NCBI GenBank assembly: GCA_017554445.1
Contig: JAFZIJ010000077.1
Coordinates: 1,714-65,713 of the forward strand
Reading direction: 5' to 3'
DNA: 64,000 bases
DNA from: Victivallales bacterium
Lineage (GTDB): Bacteria; Verrucomicrobiota; Lentisphaeria; Oligosphaerales; Oligosphaeraceae
Under the pieces are notes generated by a model, which saw only the letters and a list, made by a program, of their open reading frames with translations, was not told where the DNA came from and did no database searches. The translations under genes and the position numbers were made by a program. How positions within the stretch are numbered: the first letter of the stretch is position 1; each line of letters starts with the position of its first letter. Shown here piece after piece: positions 34,915 through 44,500 of the stretch.

Positions 34915-37215
34915 ATGGAAAATATCAAACACCAACAACATCAATACAATACCCGGAAAGGCCGCAGCCCACATATTGGATTGCGGATGTTCCATCATGC
35001 ATGTTTCACATGTTCCGATTTCCTTCACGGAATCAAGGGGATTTTCCACCATTATCTGCCATTGCAGTCCGAATACACCCTGGACTTTGCAAAGCCTACG
35101 AGAAAACAACGTTTCGCCATCGGTGTCCGCAGTCTTCCCATCATGATGGTCTTCGCCATCATGATGACGGGAATCGCCATCCACTGCTACAAACTGCTCG
35201 TCATCAGACATCCGGAACTCGAGAAAAAAGCACAGGCGCACTGCAAGAGTGTCCAAAGCATGCAAGGCGCGCGTGGATGCATTTATACGAATGACTACAA
35301 ACTCTTGGCTGGCAATTATTTCCAGAAGGACATCTTCATTGAGCCCAAGAAGATTCCGGAAAAATACCGCAGTCAAGCCATTGAATACATCGCAGCAGCC
35401 ACGCACAAGCCCAAGGATGAAATTGAGCAGATGTTCTTTAACATCATCGATAAAGATGTCGCGATCACCCTCTCCTCGGATGCCGATTCCCGTACAGCGA
35501 AACGCATCATGTCTCATGGTTATCCCCACACGACCATTGCCCGTAACAGCCATCACCGTAACAGAAAGGACCTCCAACAACTGTCCTGCACATCTTATTC
35601 CATCGTCTTCACCCTGCCATTGAAAAATCAACTGGATCAATATAAGCCGACTATCCTGTCCATTGGACGGGAGCTTGGCATGAATGAACAGGCCGTGAAT
35701 ACTGTCATCAAAGGACGGCACGGGCTTGGGAGAATCAAACAAATTAAAGTCCAAGCCGGAGTTGATTACACGGATGGCGTCCTGCTCGAACTCCAATTGA
35801 AACAAATCCGACATATGGGCAAAGGCGCCTATCAGGTGATAACGAAAGCTAAGCGGATTCATCCAAACACACTCGCCGCACCACTCATCGGGCTGATTGA
35901 CGTAGCGACCGGCAAAGGAATCTCTGGAATCGAGGAGCTTTTCGACTCTATACTCCAGCCCACCAACGGTAGCCTTGCTTTCTGGACGGATGCCAACGGA
36001 AATCGCATTCCCATGATGGGAAATATCCATACGAATCTTCCACTAAATGGAAGCGACATCTTCTTGACCATCAACAGTTTCATTCAGAACATTGCCGAAG
36101 AAGAACTTATGAAAGCCATTCCAGAAGCCAATCCAGATCGCGCCTATGCTGTCATGATGAAACCGCAGACAGGCGCCATCATGGCTTTGGCACAGTACCC
36201 TACTTTCAATCCCAATAAACGCAACGAAGTGGACGATCCTGCAGGCTTCGGCTTCCTCCCGCTCACCGAAACTTTTGAGCCTGGTTCCATCATGAAGGGC
36301 GTTTCTTTATCCTGTGGCATTTCAGAAGGTGTCATTGACCTCAACTCCATATATTTCTGTGAAAATGGCAGATGGGGAGCCGAGAGGCTCCGTGATACCC
36401 ACGAACACCAAAATCTTTCTATCTCAGACATCATCAAATATTCCAGCAACATCGGGACGGCAAAGGCAACTTTGGATCTCGGCGCGTATAAACTCTTCCG
36501 CGGCTTGAATGGCTTTGGCTTCGGTAAAAAAACGCACCTCGGCTTCTATCCGGCCGGCCAGGATCCCATCTTCTTCAAAACAGAAGCCCGCGGCATCTTC
36601 CGCCCGCTTGAACGGTGGGACAAGTTGTCCATCTCACGCTTCCCGATTGGTCAGGGCATCTCGGTCACACCATTCCAAATGGTTCAAGCTTACAGCGCCA
36701 TTGCCAACAATGGCATCATGATGCAGCCTTATATCATCGACCGCATTCTTTCGCATGACGGAACAGTGACCAATTCCATTCCCCGCGTAAAAGGGCGTCC
36801 CATTTCCTCCTATGCCGCCAAGCAGATGAAAGAGGCTCTCAAGACCGTTATCATGGAGGATCAAAAAACGGATACAGGAGAGATCATAAAGGGAGGAACA
36901 GGTCAAAAAGCAGCAATCAAAGGCTATACAGTCGCTGGAAAAACCGGTACATCTCAAATTTGGAACTCCGAAATGCACCATTATGAGGAACACCACGTTG
37001 TCGCATCCTTCATTGGATTCGCCCCTGCTGAGGCTCCGGAATTCGTGTTGCTTGTCACGTTCGTGAATCCCAAACCCAAGAAGCATGGCGGCACGATCGC
37101 AGCCCCTGTCTTCTCCAAGATCGGAGCACGCACGTTGGAGTATCTCCAAATACCTCCCGAAAATCAAGAGAACATCCCCAATCGAAACCAACAAGAGACC
37201 ACCAAGAAACGTTAA
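34915..37215 (+). CDS. ftsI: penicillin-binding protein (class B transpeptidase, FtsI/PBP3-like)
   Basis: N-terminal TM anchor and the transpeptidase motifs SIMK (SxxK), SSN (SxN) and KTGTS (KTG). RBS gggggagg precedes the ATG at 34915. Confidence 0.85.
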   Translation: MENIKHQQHQYNTRKGRSPHIGLRMFHHACFTCSDFLHGIKGIFHHYLPLQSEYTLDFAKPTRKQRFAIGVRSLPIMMVFAIMMTGIAIHCYKLLVIRHPELEKKAQAHCKSVQSMQGARGCIYTNDYKLLAGNYFQKDIFIEPKKIPEKYRSQAIEYIAAATHKPKDEIEQMFFNIIDKDVAITLSSDADSRTAKRIMSHGYPHTTIARNSHHRNRKDLQQLSCTSYSIVFTLPLKNQLDQYKPTILSIGRELGMNEQAVNTVIKGRHGLGRIKQIKVQAGVDYTDGVLLELQLKQIRHMGKGAYQVITKAKRIHPNTLAAPLIGLIDVATGKGISGIEELFDSILQPTNGSLAFWTDANGNRIPMMGNIHTNLPLNGSDIFLTINSFIQNIAEEELMKAIPEANPDRAYAVMMKPQTGAIMALAQYPTFNPNKRNEVDDPAGFGFLPLTETFEPGSIMKGVSLSCGISEGVIDLNSIYFCENGRWGAERLRDTHEHQNLSISDIIKYSSNIGTAKATLDLGAYKLFRGLNGFGFGKKTHLGFYPAGQDPIFFKTEARGIFRPLERWDKLSISRFPIGQGISVTPFQMVQAYSAIANNGIMMQPYIIDRILSHDGTVTNSIPRVKGRPISSYAAKQMKEALKTVIMEDQKTDTGEIIKGGTGQKAAIKGYTVAGKTGTSQIWNSEMHHYEEHHVVASFIGFAPAEAPEFVLLVTFVNPKPKKHGGTIAAPVFSKIGARTLEYLQIPPENQENIPNRNQQETTKKR

Positions 37216-37328
37216 TCACGATAAAACTTACGATTTTTTCCAAAAAATCTCATCTTCCAGCTAAAAAAAACATCATTCTGTGCTATTTTAAACATTTCAT
37301 TGGAGATTATACATAGTCTCCGTTCTTT

Positions 37329-37722
37329 GAAAACCAGGATAAGCCGGCCGACCACAGCGAGTGGCGAACCGGCGAAGGCACACGACTCGAATAGAGCCGG
37401 CACCTTGAAACCACTAGCGTCAGCGCCAAAAACCTCTGCCCACCCGTTGTGGTGCATGTGAACTACCTGTCGCTCAGCGCCTGACGGCGGAATGTGCTTT
37501 GTCCTTTCCTGATGGCGACTGGTTCGTGGTTGCAGGGCGTTCGGATTACATAGGATGCTACAGAGGTAGCCCCGGGCCGCCATCCTTGCAACATGAAAAA
37601 TGGGTTGCCCTACCCTCTCATGTAAGAAGGCTCTGGCGGCCTGACCCTGTGCCTTTCCCCTGGATGTTTGCGTAACGCAACATATAAAGGCGCGCTCCGT
37701 GTTTTACACGGAGCGCGCCTTT
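37329..37722. ncRNA. candidate structured non-coding RNA of unknown class (about 340-nt core plus terminator); strand undetermined
   Basis: It lies in a 627-bp gap between convergent CDSs with no credible ORF, and it looks GC-rich compared with other intergenic regions here. Nested complementarity: CCAGG 37334-38 / CCTGG 37659-63; hairpin 37343-37373; AAGGCACA 37375-82 / TGTGCCTT 37648-55; AGAGGTAG 37562-69 / CTACCCTCT 37610-18; GGCCGCCA 37575-82 / TGGCGGCC 37634-41. Confidence 0.35.
37686..37722. terminator. strong bidirectional intrinsic terminator hairpin
   Basis: 16-bp perfect stem aaaggcgcgctccgtg / cacggagcgcgccttt with a 5-nt loop. T-rich sequence follows on both strands (tttggtgtttt on +, tttatatgtt on -). 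Confidence 0.8.
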
Positions 37723-37842
37723 GGTGTTTTCAGGAGGCTCTGCCTGCGGGTGGGGAGTCCCATCGGTGTCTCGCCTGTAAGTAAATGCAGGTGAAACGCA
37801 TGCGCCACATACCACAGTCCCGCAGGAGCGGAACTCTCCCCG

Positions 37843-39009
37843 TTATTCTCCCCACGCGTTGTTTCCAAGAAAGCCTTGCTGGTAGTAAACAGGCTTGCAG
37901 CCGTGCTCATAGGCGGTGCGAGCCGCCGTGTCGATGCGTAGCAGATGGTCGGGAATGTAGTTCTTGTAATACGGGAAGGTATATTGTTCATGGGAGCCAA
38001 GCCCGTAGCATTCATTGCCGAATTTCATATTGAACGACTGCTCGAAATTGGCGAGAATTTGCTCCGGCGTGAAGCCATTGCACAGACATCCCGCGCCCCG
38101 AACAAAACAGCACTCTGCATCGAAGTTGTAAAGCGTTCTATAGCAATAGAGATAAACGGCTTCCTCCTTCGACATGCCGTAGCCTATGTCCGCCACTTCA
38201 GAAAGATCAATGCCAATATCCGCGATGGTCGGATCAAGCCCTTTCGCAAGTGCTGCCTCACAGGCGGGGCCGACGCCACGCCACCCCGCGCTGAAAACTT
38301 TCATGCCGTTCTTGGCCAACGCTTTGACGCAATCCCAACTGCAGACCGCCCAATGGACAACAGGTGGCTGGATGAATGTATCAGCCCCCGCAAACCGCTC
38401 GATTTCCCCGCGTACCAAGTCAAAATCCTTCAACAGTTGTGTACTGCTGCCGGGGGCCTCGTAGCAACGGTCCGGAAACTCGCTAAAGGCATGGAACGAG
38501 AGCTTTAACCAGTCCGCATTGTCCTTCCATTCGCTCTTGTAGATGTCCGGAAATTCCGGCAGGGTAAATGGATGGTGGTCGTTTCGGTAGAAGCAGTTCA
38601 AGGTAAATTTCGTGTCGTAGCGTTTGTGCGTTTCGGAAAGCCCCTTCAGATAGAAATGGTCGAAAAGCGACTTCGGGCGATCATGGGCGATGTCCGTTAG
38701 GAAAAAGGAGTGGTCATCGATGTAGAAGTTGCTGCGCGGGAAGGATTTCTTGTCCCATAGAACAGTGATTTTGGCTTGTTCGTCACCGAAGGATCCACTC
38801 CCCTGTATGACAAGGTCGTTGAATTTTTGAGTCAACGTGACCTTTCCACAGAAAGCCCTTCCTTTCCGTTCCGCCTCTATGCCATTGATTGTGACGCAGT
38901 TGCCGACGCTAGCGACGCCGCGGACTTCGATGGTCAGACCATTGTTGTCCTCTTTGCCGTGGTTGTGGTTGAGAATGGCTCCATGCCGTGGAAACTGGAC
39001 ATTCAACAT
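37843..39009 (-). CDS. hypothetical protein, possibly a glycoside-hydrolase/deacetylase-fold carbohydrate-active enzyme
   Basis: 388-aa ORF with RBS aaaggag. An N-terminal beta-rich segment is followed by a region with FYIDDHSFF and LSFHAF motifs reminiscent of NodB/deacetylase-like barrels. No signal peptide is present. Confidence 0.35.
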   Translation of the reverse strand: MLNVQFPRHGAILNHNHGKEDNNGLTIEVRGVASVGNCVTINGIEAERKGRAFCGKVTLTQKFNDLVIQGSGSFGDEQAKITVLWDKKSFPRSNFYIDDHSFFLTDIAHDRPKSLFDHFYLKGLSETHKRYDTKFTLNCFYRNDHHPFTLPEFPDIYKSEWKDNADWLKLSFHAFSEFPDRCYEAPGSSTQLLKDFDLVRGEIERFAGADTFIQPPVVHWAVCSWDCVKALAKNGMKVFSAGWRGVGPACEAALAKGLDPTIADIGIDLSEVADIGYGMSKEEAVYLYCYRTLYNFDAECCFVRGAGCLCNGFTPEQILANFEQSFNMKFGNECYGLGSHEQYTFPYYKNYIPDHLLRIDTAARTAYEHGCKPVYYQQGFLGNNAWGE

Positions 39010-39036
39010 CGTTTTCTCCTTTTACCTTATAAAACA

Positions 39037-39073
39037 ATCCGCTCCGCGGGGCGGAAGGCTCTGCGAAGCGGAT
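39037..39073 (-). terminator. weak hairpin downstream of esterase gene
   Basis: Stem atccgct / agcggat with a structured loop. On the minus strand it is followed by TGTTTTAT. Confidence 0.3.
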
Positions 39074-39132
39074 GTATTAAAGCCTTAGGCCTTAAGCCAT
39101 TGGCCATAATTGTAAGATTCGCGAAGCGAAGC

Positions 39133-41391
39133 TTACTTCACATAGACATAGATCTTGGCGGAGCTGTATTCCGCGCCAAGATTGCCACGGAACGTCCAGT
39201 CCGGATGATCGCTCTTCGTGTTGTTGCCGATGCCAAAATCCGCATTCAAACCTTCGCGGTGTTTATTGAACGCGAACAACGTCTGACGCTCTTTGAACAG
39301 ATGGACCTGCATGGAGCCGTAGCCGAGATCGTCACTGCTTGCTTCGTCGCCGAAGTCATAGATGTTACCGTTCGCTCCTGGAACGTTGAACTTGTTCTGC
39401 GTACCATAGTTGGAACGCCAGAATTCGATGTTGCCTTCCGCATGTGCGCCGTTCTTGATGCCGGCGACATTGCTCAGAACAATCAAATTGTTCACGATCT
39501 TCGCCTGCTTGAAATCAAGCGGCAGGCCGATTTCCTTCACGTTGCCCGTGAAGGCATCCATGCTGACGGCGAGCCATTGCTTCGTGCCGTCCTTCAGCGT
39601 GGCATCGACGTAGTAGCAGACGCGGCTGAATTTGTCGATGTTGGCGCTGTTGTCCGTCAGATAATTGGCGGATTTGTCTTCCTTCAAAGCGTTCATAAGG
39701 TCGAGTTCATAGACAAGCTTCTGCTCTTTGTCGATATAGGCCTTGACTTCTTCCTGCGTCGTTTCAACGCCGCAACGGAATGCGCCAAGCGGCAGGCCAG
39801 CCTCGTTGAAGAGGTTGCCTTCGTTCAACATATGCCACATGTAGCGCAACTTCTTCGGTGCCGCGACTTCGGGGGCGCTGACAATCAGTTTCGCGCCGTC
39901 GATCTTCGCATCAGCAGGATAGAAGACGCCGTTGATGCCGGCGATGGTGAAGTTGCGGATGGCTTCGTTGTTCGTCGTCTTCCAGCTTTCGATGTTCTTG
40001 AACGTCAGAACGAACGTATTGCCGACGATTTCGTATTTGTCCAGAAGCGGCGAGTCGCACTTGATGTCTTTGCGGCCATAGTCGCGGTTCAACGCCAACG
40101 CGGCAAGACGCTTGCCGACCGTCAGCTTGTCATGCGGATGGATGTCGCCAAGATTGCCGACGTCATTGATGACGGCCATACCGGCCGCTGGGGCGTTCGC
40201 CAAAGCGAATTTTTCCTGCGCTTCCCAAATGAGCGGCAACAGTTCAGGCTGGCTGCCGTAGTTGAAGGGGGCGAGCTGGACAAGATAGAACTTCATGTCG
40301 GGATTCTGGAAGACCTGCTTCCAGCCGTTAAATAGAGCCTGCATCTTATAGAAATAGAAGGAACCATCGCCACGGTTGGAGCAGCCCTGATACCAGATGG
40401 CGCCACGGAACGCGAATGGCACGAAAGGATAGATCATGCGGTTGTAGAGAACGGTCGGCTGCTGATGCGCGCCGTTGCCTTCACGCCAGACGAGTTCCGC
40501 CGGATATGCGGGCGGTTTCGGCAGGTCTTTCTTCTCGGCGACGGCCTTTTGGAAGTCCTCCAACCATGCATTGTAGTCGGCGACGACTTTCGCAGACGTT
40601 TCCGCATAGTCCTGCGTTCCAGGAAGTTTCGCGTTAACGTTGTGGGCCAGCTGCTTCAGTTCGGGAACGGAATCAAAGCCGCAAGGTGGCGTCCACGGCT
40701 CGATGAGCGTGCCACCCCAGTGGGACGTGATCAGACCGATTGGAATCTTCAATTCGCGCTGCAGTTCATGACCAAAGAAGAACGCGCAGGCGGAAAGATC
40801 CAGCGTGTTGTCCGCCTTCATCTCTTCCCATTTCATCGGGAAGTCTGTGCGCGGCAGTTTTTCCCAGCCGTAGGGGCGCATCTTCGTGAAGCGAATCAGG
40901 CTGTTCGCGCCTTCCGCGCAATATTTGTCGCCGTCGATGTTCCGCCAGCGGGCATTACCTGTCCACATCGGCATTTCCATGTTGGACTGGCCGCTGCACA
41001 GCCAGACTTCACCAACCAACACGTTGTTGACCGTAATGGTCTCGTCCTGTCCTTTGATGACCAACGGGCGGTTTTCCGCGCTTGTCGCCAACGGCGACAG
41101 TTTCACCATCCACTTGCCGTCCGCAGCGGCCGTCGCCTTGACGGTTTGTCCCGCAAAACTGACGGAAATCTCCTCTCCGGGCTCCGCAGTGCCCCAAACG
41201 GGAACGGCCATATCGCGCTGCAACACGACATTGTCAACGAAAATCGGTGCGGGGACAATCTTCGCCGTTTTCGACTCATTCTTCGGAGTCATTGCCTCAT
41301 CAAATATCTTGTCGCTCATTGTATGAGTACAGGATATAAAGAGCGGCAAAGACAGCAAGCACATCAACCACAGCATCTTCTGCATTTTCAT
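39133..41391 (-). CDS. sialate O-acetylesterase family protein (SGNH/SASA domain) with large C-terminal extension
   Basis: Lipoprotein-like signal MKMQKMLWLMCLLSLPLFISC. The SASA motif VWLCSGQSNMEMPM and the later HWGGT and WYQG motifs are present. About 300 extra C-terminal residues follow. Confidence 0.75.
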   Translation of the reverse strand: MKMQKMLWLMCLLSLPLFISCTHTMSDKIFDEAMTPKNESKTAKIVPAPIFVDNVVLQRDMAVPVWGTAEPGEEISVSFAGQTVKATAAADGKWMVKLSPLATSAENRPLVIKGQDETITVNNVLVGEVWLCSGQSNMEMPMWTGNARWRNIDGDKYCAEGANSLIRFTKMRPYGWEKLPRTDFPMKWEEMKADNTLDLSACAFFFGHELQRELKIPIGLITSHWGGTLIEPWTPPCGFDSVPELKQLAHNVNAKLPGTQDYAETSAKVVADYNAWLEDFQKAVAEKKDLPKPPAYPAELVWREGNGAHQQPTVLYNRMIYPFVPFAFRGAIWYQGCSNRGDGSFYFYKMQALFNGWKQVFQNPDMKFYLVQLAPFNYGSQPELLPLIWEAQEKFALANAPAAGMAVINDVGNLGDIHPHDKLTVGKRLAALALNRDYGRKDIKCDSPLLDKYEIVGNTFVLTFKNIESWKTTNNEAIRNFTIAGINGVFYPADAKIDGAKLIVSAPEVAAPKKLRYMWHMLNEGNLFNEAGLPLGAFRCGVETTQEEVKAYIDKEQKLVYELDLMNALKEDKSANYLTDNSANIDKFSRVCYYVDATLKDGTKQWLAVSMDAFTGNVKEIGLPLDFKQAKIVNNLIVLSNVAGIKNGAHAEGNIEFWRSNYGTQNKFNVPGANGNIYDFGDEASSDDLGYGSMQVHLFKERQTLFAFNKHREGLNADFGIGNNTKSDHPDWTFRGNLGAEYSSAKIYVYVK

Positions 41392-41566
41392 ACGTTCTCC
41401 TTTGCTGAAATTACTAGATATTGGCTTTCAATGGAAAAAATCGTCTTTTCCTAAATTATAGGCCTTCCCGTATTTTTCAAATAAACGCCGCAATTGCTTT
41501 TCCATTTATAGAGGTTACTTTACTTGTTGTACAATTTCCAAACAACAACCCAACAAGGACCTGTAT

Positions 41567-44500
41567 ATGAAAAAAACAGTTATCTGCCTCCTTCTGGCCT
41601 TCTCTTTCGCCGCGACCGCCCAGATATTCACCTTTCAGAACAAGGCTCTCGGTGTATCGTTCTCAACGGAAACTGGTGCTTTCACCGTCTTGGACAAACG
41701 CTCCGACCGCGTCTTTGTACAGCCTGCGAAATTTCTGTCGGCGGCTCCGCCGTCCATTACCGCCACCCGTTCACCCAACGAACTGACAGTTATCGATGTC
41801 GATTACACAATGACCGGCCATGCGAATAACATCACGGATGACGCGGACTGCTCGTTCATCACACGGCTTGACTGGAACGAAAAGTATTTGATCCTGCAGA
41901 TCGCCGTGCGAGACGACATACTCGCCTTCCCCGCGCCCAAGGCCAACTGGTGGTTCCATGATTCCATCGAATTCTGGATCAACAAGTTGCAACTCGCCGT
42001 CTATCCTGCGAAGCAAGGTGACCAGACGCTGCTTACGTTCAACACGAAGGCCCCGATGGAGAAATCATCCGCCACCACGGTCATCGACACTCCAGGCTCC
42101 TATCTCGTCACCGTTCATCTTGACTGGACGGAAATCGGCATCGAACCGAAAATCGGTGCGCAATTCCGCTTCGCCATCGGCGTCAACGACGCAGACAACA
42201 TGAAAGGCCAGCGAGACGGGCAGCTCTACTATCCGTCCACATGGGTTCATTCGGATATCAACACCTACGCCAACGTTACGCTGTCCAATAAACCTCTCCC
42301 TGTCGTTGAACCGCTACCGCCCGTCGATAACGCACGGCGGATTCCCAACGCGAACGGCGTCATTTACACATGGCGGCAGCCCGGCCAGCCAGACTGCGTC
42401 ATCCGCGCAGAACTCATTGAAGATCGCCCCGAACTCAAAATCACCACCACCGCCGTCGGCGGAAACATCCCGTTGGAGAGAAACCTTCCCTCCATTCCAG
42501 GCTTCATTCTGGATGCGGAGGAGCCTGTCATAGCCTGCTCAGACACGACGTCTGGCCACATCTATCCGCTTTCATCCAAGCCTTTTACATGGTCTCCCTT
42601 TGGTCTGGGCGGAGACCTTCCGTTCATCGCCATTACGGATTTGAAGACTGGCGAAGGATACGGCATTCTCGCAGATACGCCAGACGACGCCGTTGTCTCC
42701 ATGAAGGCTACACCGCTTGGTGCCAAATCCACCACATGCATCCCTCAAGTCGCATGGATGCCGACCTTGAAGCACTTTGGAAAAACACCGCGCGTCTATC
42801 GCTTTGTTTTCGTTGACAAAGGCGGTTATGTCACAGTCGCGAAGGCATTCCGCGCATGGGCGCAGAAAAATGGTTATCTTGTCACGTTGCGCAAAAAGGC
42901 ATGGCACAATCCAAACGTCAACAAACTCATGGGTGCGGCAGATGTCTGGGATGGAAACAATCTTGAATTCTGCAAACTCGCCAAATCCTACGGCATCGAC
43001 AAACTGCTCATCAACGGTCAGTTCAACGCCAATGACATGAAGCAGGCCGCCTCCATGGGATACCTCCTCGGCAAATACGACGTCTATACCGATATATATA
43101 ATAACAAAGAGACCATCACCGCCGCTTCCGCCCCCCTGCCCGGCCACGCCGTCCAAAAGGCCGACGGCACTATCATGAAAGCGTGGACGACGTTCGACGG
43201 CTCCCGCACATCATGGAAACGCTGCACATCGCTCATTCCCGCAGCCGCCCAAATTTGCATGCCGCCCGATCTTGCGCAATATCCTTACGAGGCGCGTTTT
43301 CTGGATGTCACGACATCCGAAGGACTCTATGAATGCTACAATCCGGACCATCCCATGACGCGTTCGGACAAGCGCCGCTACAGTGAGGAAACCGCCCATT
43401 ATATGGCCAACTGGCAGACTGGCTATCTGAATCTCGTCACTGGCGGCGAACACGGCAAGTGGTGGTGCGCCAAGGACATGCATTACGTCGAAGGCATGCA
43501 GTCCGGCGGCCACGCCAACTATTCATGGCCCGCCGGCCATCTGAAACGGCCGGAAAGCAAAACGCACGACCCGCGTAATCCAGACAAGCCCACAAACGCG
43601 TTCACAACCCGCTATGAAGTCTATGGTGTCGGCCCGAAATACCGTGTTCCACTGTGGGATCTCGTCTTCCATGACTGCATCACAACGACTTGGTATTGGG
43701 GCGATTCCACGGACTTCCTTATCAAAGCCGCCCCCGAAATCACGCCGCGGAAGGATGCCTTCAACGTCCTCTACGCTTCCATGCCCATGTATTGGATGAA
43801 CAAGCAAGGCCTTTGGAAGAATGACCGAGACGCTTTCCTCCGCAGCTATTTCCATGCCACAAAAGTCCATGAAGCTATCGGCATGGAGGAAATGACCGCC
43901 CATTATTTCCTCAACGACGACCGCACCGTCCAGATGACGTCGTTCGCAGACGGAACGGACATCATCGTCAACATGGATCCGATCCCACAGAGCGTCACGT
44001 TGAAAGGACGCGAATACCTGTTGCCCTGCAACGGTTTCGCCGTCGATGGTCCGCAAATCAAACAGGAACTCGTGCTGGATGATGACCTGTTCGTCAGCAA
44101 AATCCGCACGGATAATTTCTTCTTCTCCTGCAAATCGACGGATCTGAACCCCCGCATGGATGGTACGACCTCCGTCAAAGACATGCTGATCGTGAAAGCT
44201 GACAAGCCGGATATGCTTCATATCGTGTCCATCGGTGAAGGCAAACTGCCGATCGACGACGCTTTCCTCAAACGATGGGATCTGAAGACAACCATTGTCT
44301 ATGAACTGGACGACAACGGGAACCGCCAGAATCCGTTCATCGGCTCGTTGGATCTGCCGCACGCAGGCCGTTACATTGCCCTCTGCGGCGAAGCGGCTCT
44401 TAAGCCTGACTATATCGCCATATTCGATATCACGAGCAATACGGATGACAATCCAGACTCCGTCACGCTTCTTGTGGCGAACCGCGGCCTCGCATCGCCT

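Noticed and set aside
37212-37583. 123-aa minus-strand ORF inside the post-ftsI gap
   Set aside because: Its composition is implausible (Cys/Arg/His-rich, no motifs). It overlaps the ftsI stop and runs through GC-rich palindromic sequence that is better explained as RNA structure.
37329-37722. RNase P RNA (minus strand) or tmRNA/SRP RNA assignment for the structured gap region
   Set aside because: The minus strand contains GGCCGGCTTATCC, which resembles the RNase P CR-V segment CCGGCUUAUC, and GGGGAAAGGCAC, which resembles CR-I. The universally conserved GGAAAGUCC and ACAGAA motifs are absent and the helix order does not fit. No tRNA-like T-arm/ACCA end or tag ORF (tmRNA) was found. No SRP helix-8 GGAA/AGCA motif was found. 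I kept the region as a ncRNA of unknown class.
39023-39036. Another TACCTTATA box, as a promoter
   Set aside because: It lies on the + strand with no downstream + gene. It is simply the complement of the RBS region (GGTAAAAGGAG) of the minus-strand gene that starts at 39009.
38776-40335. Long antisense ORFs as real genes. This 519-aa example is one, and others lie at 1411-2460, 7000-8010, 34885-36030, 40465-41454, 43523-44668, 53779-54825 and 20300-21061.
   Set aside because: Each lies entirely opposite a CDS with strong family motifs. Their translations are low-complexity and rich in R, H, D, V and F, as is typical of antisense frames in GC-rich coding DNA. None shows a recognisable motif.
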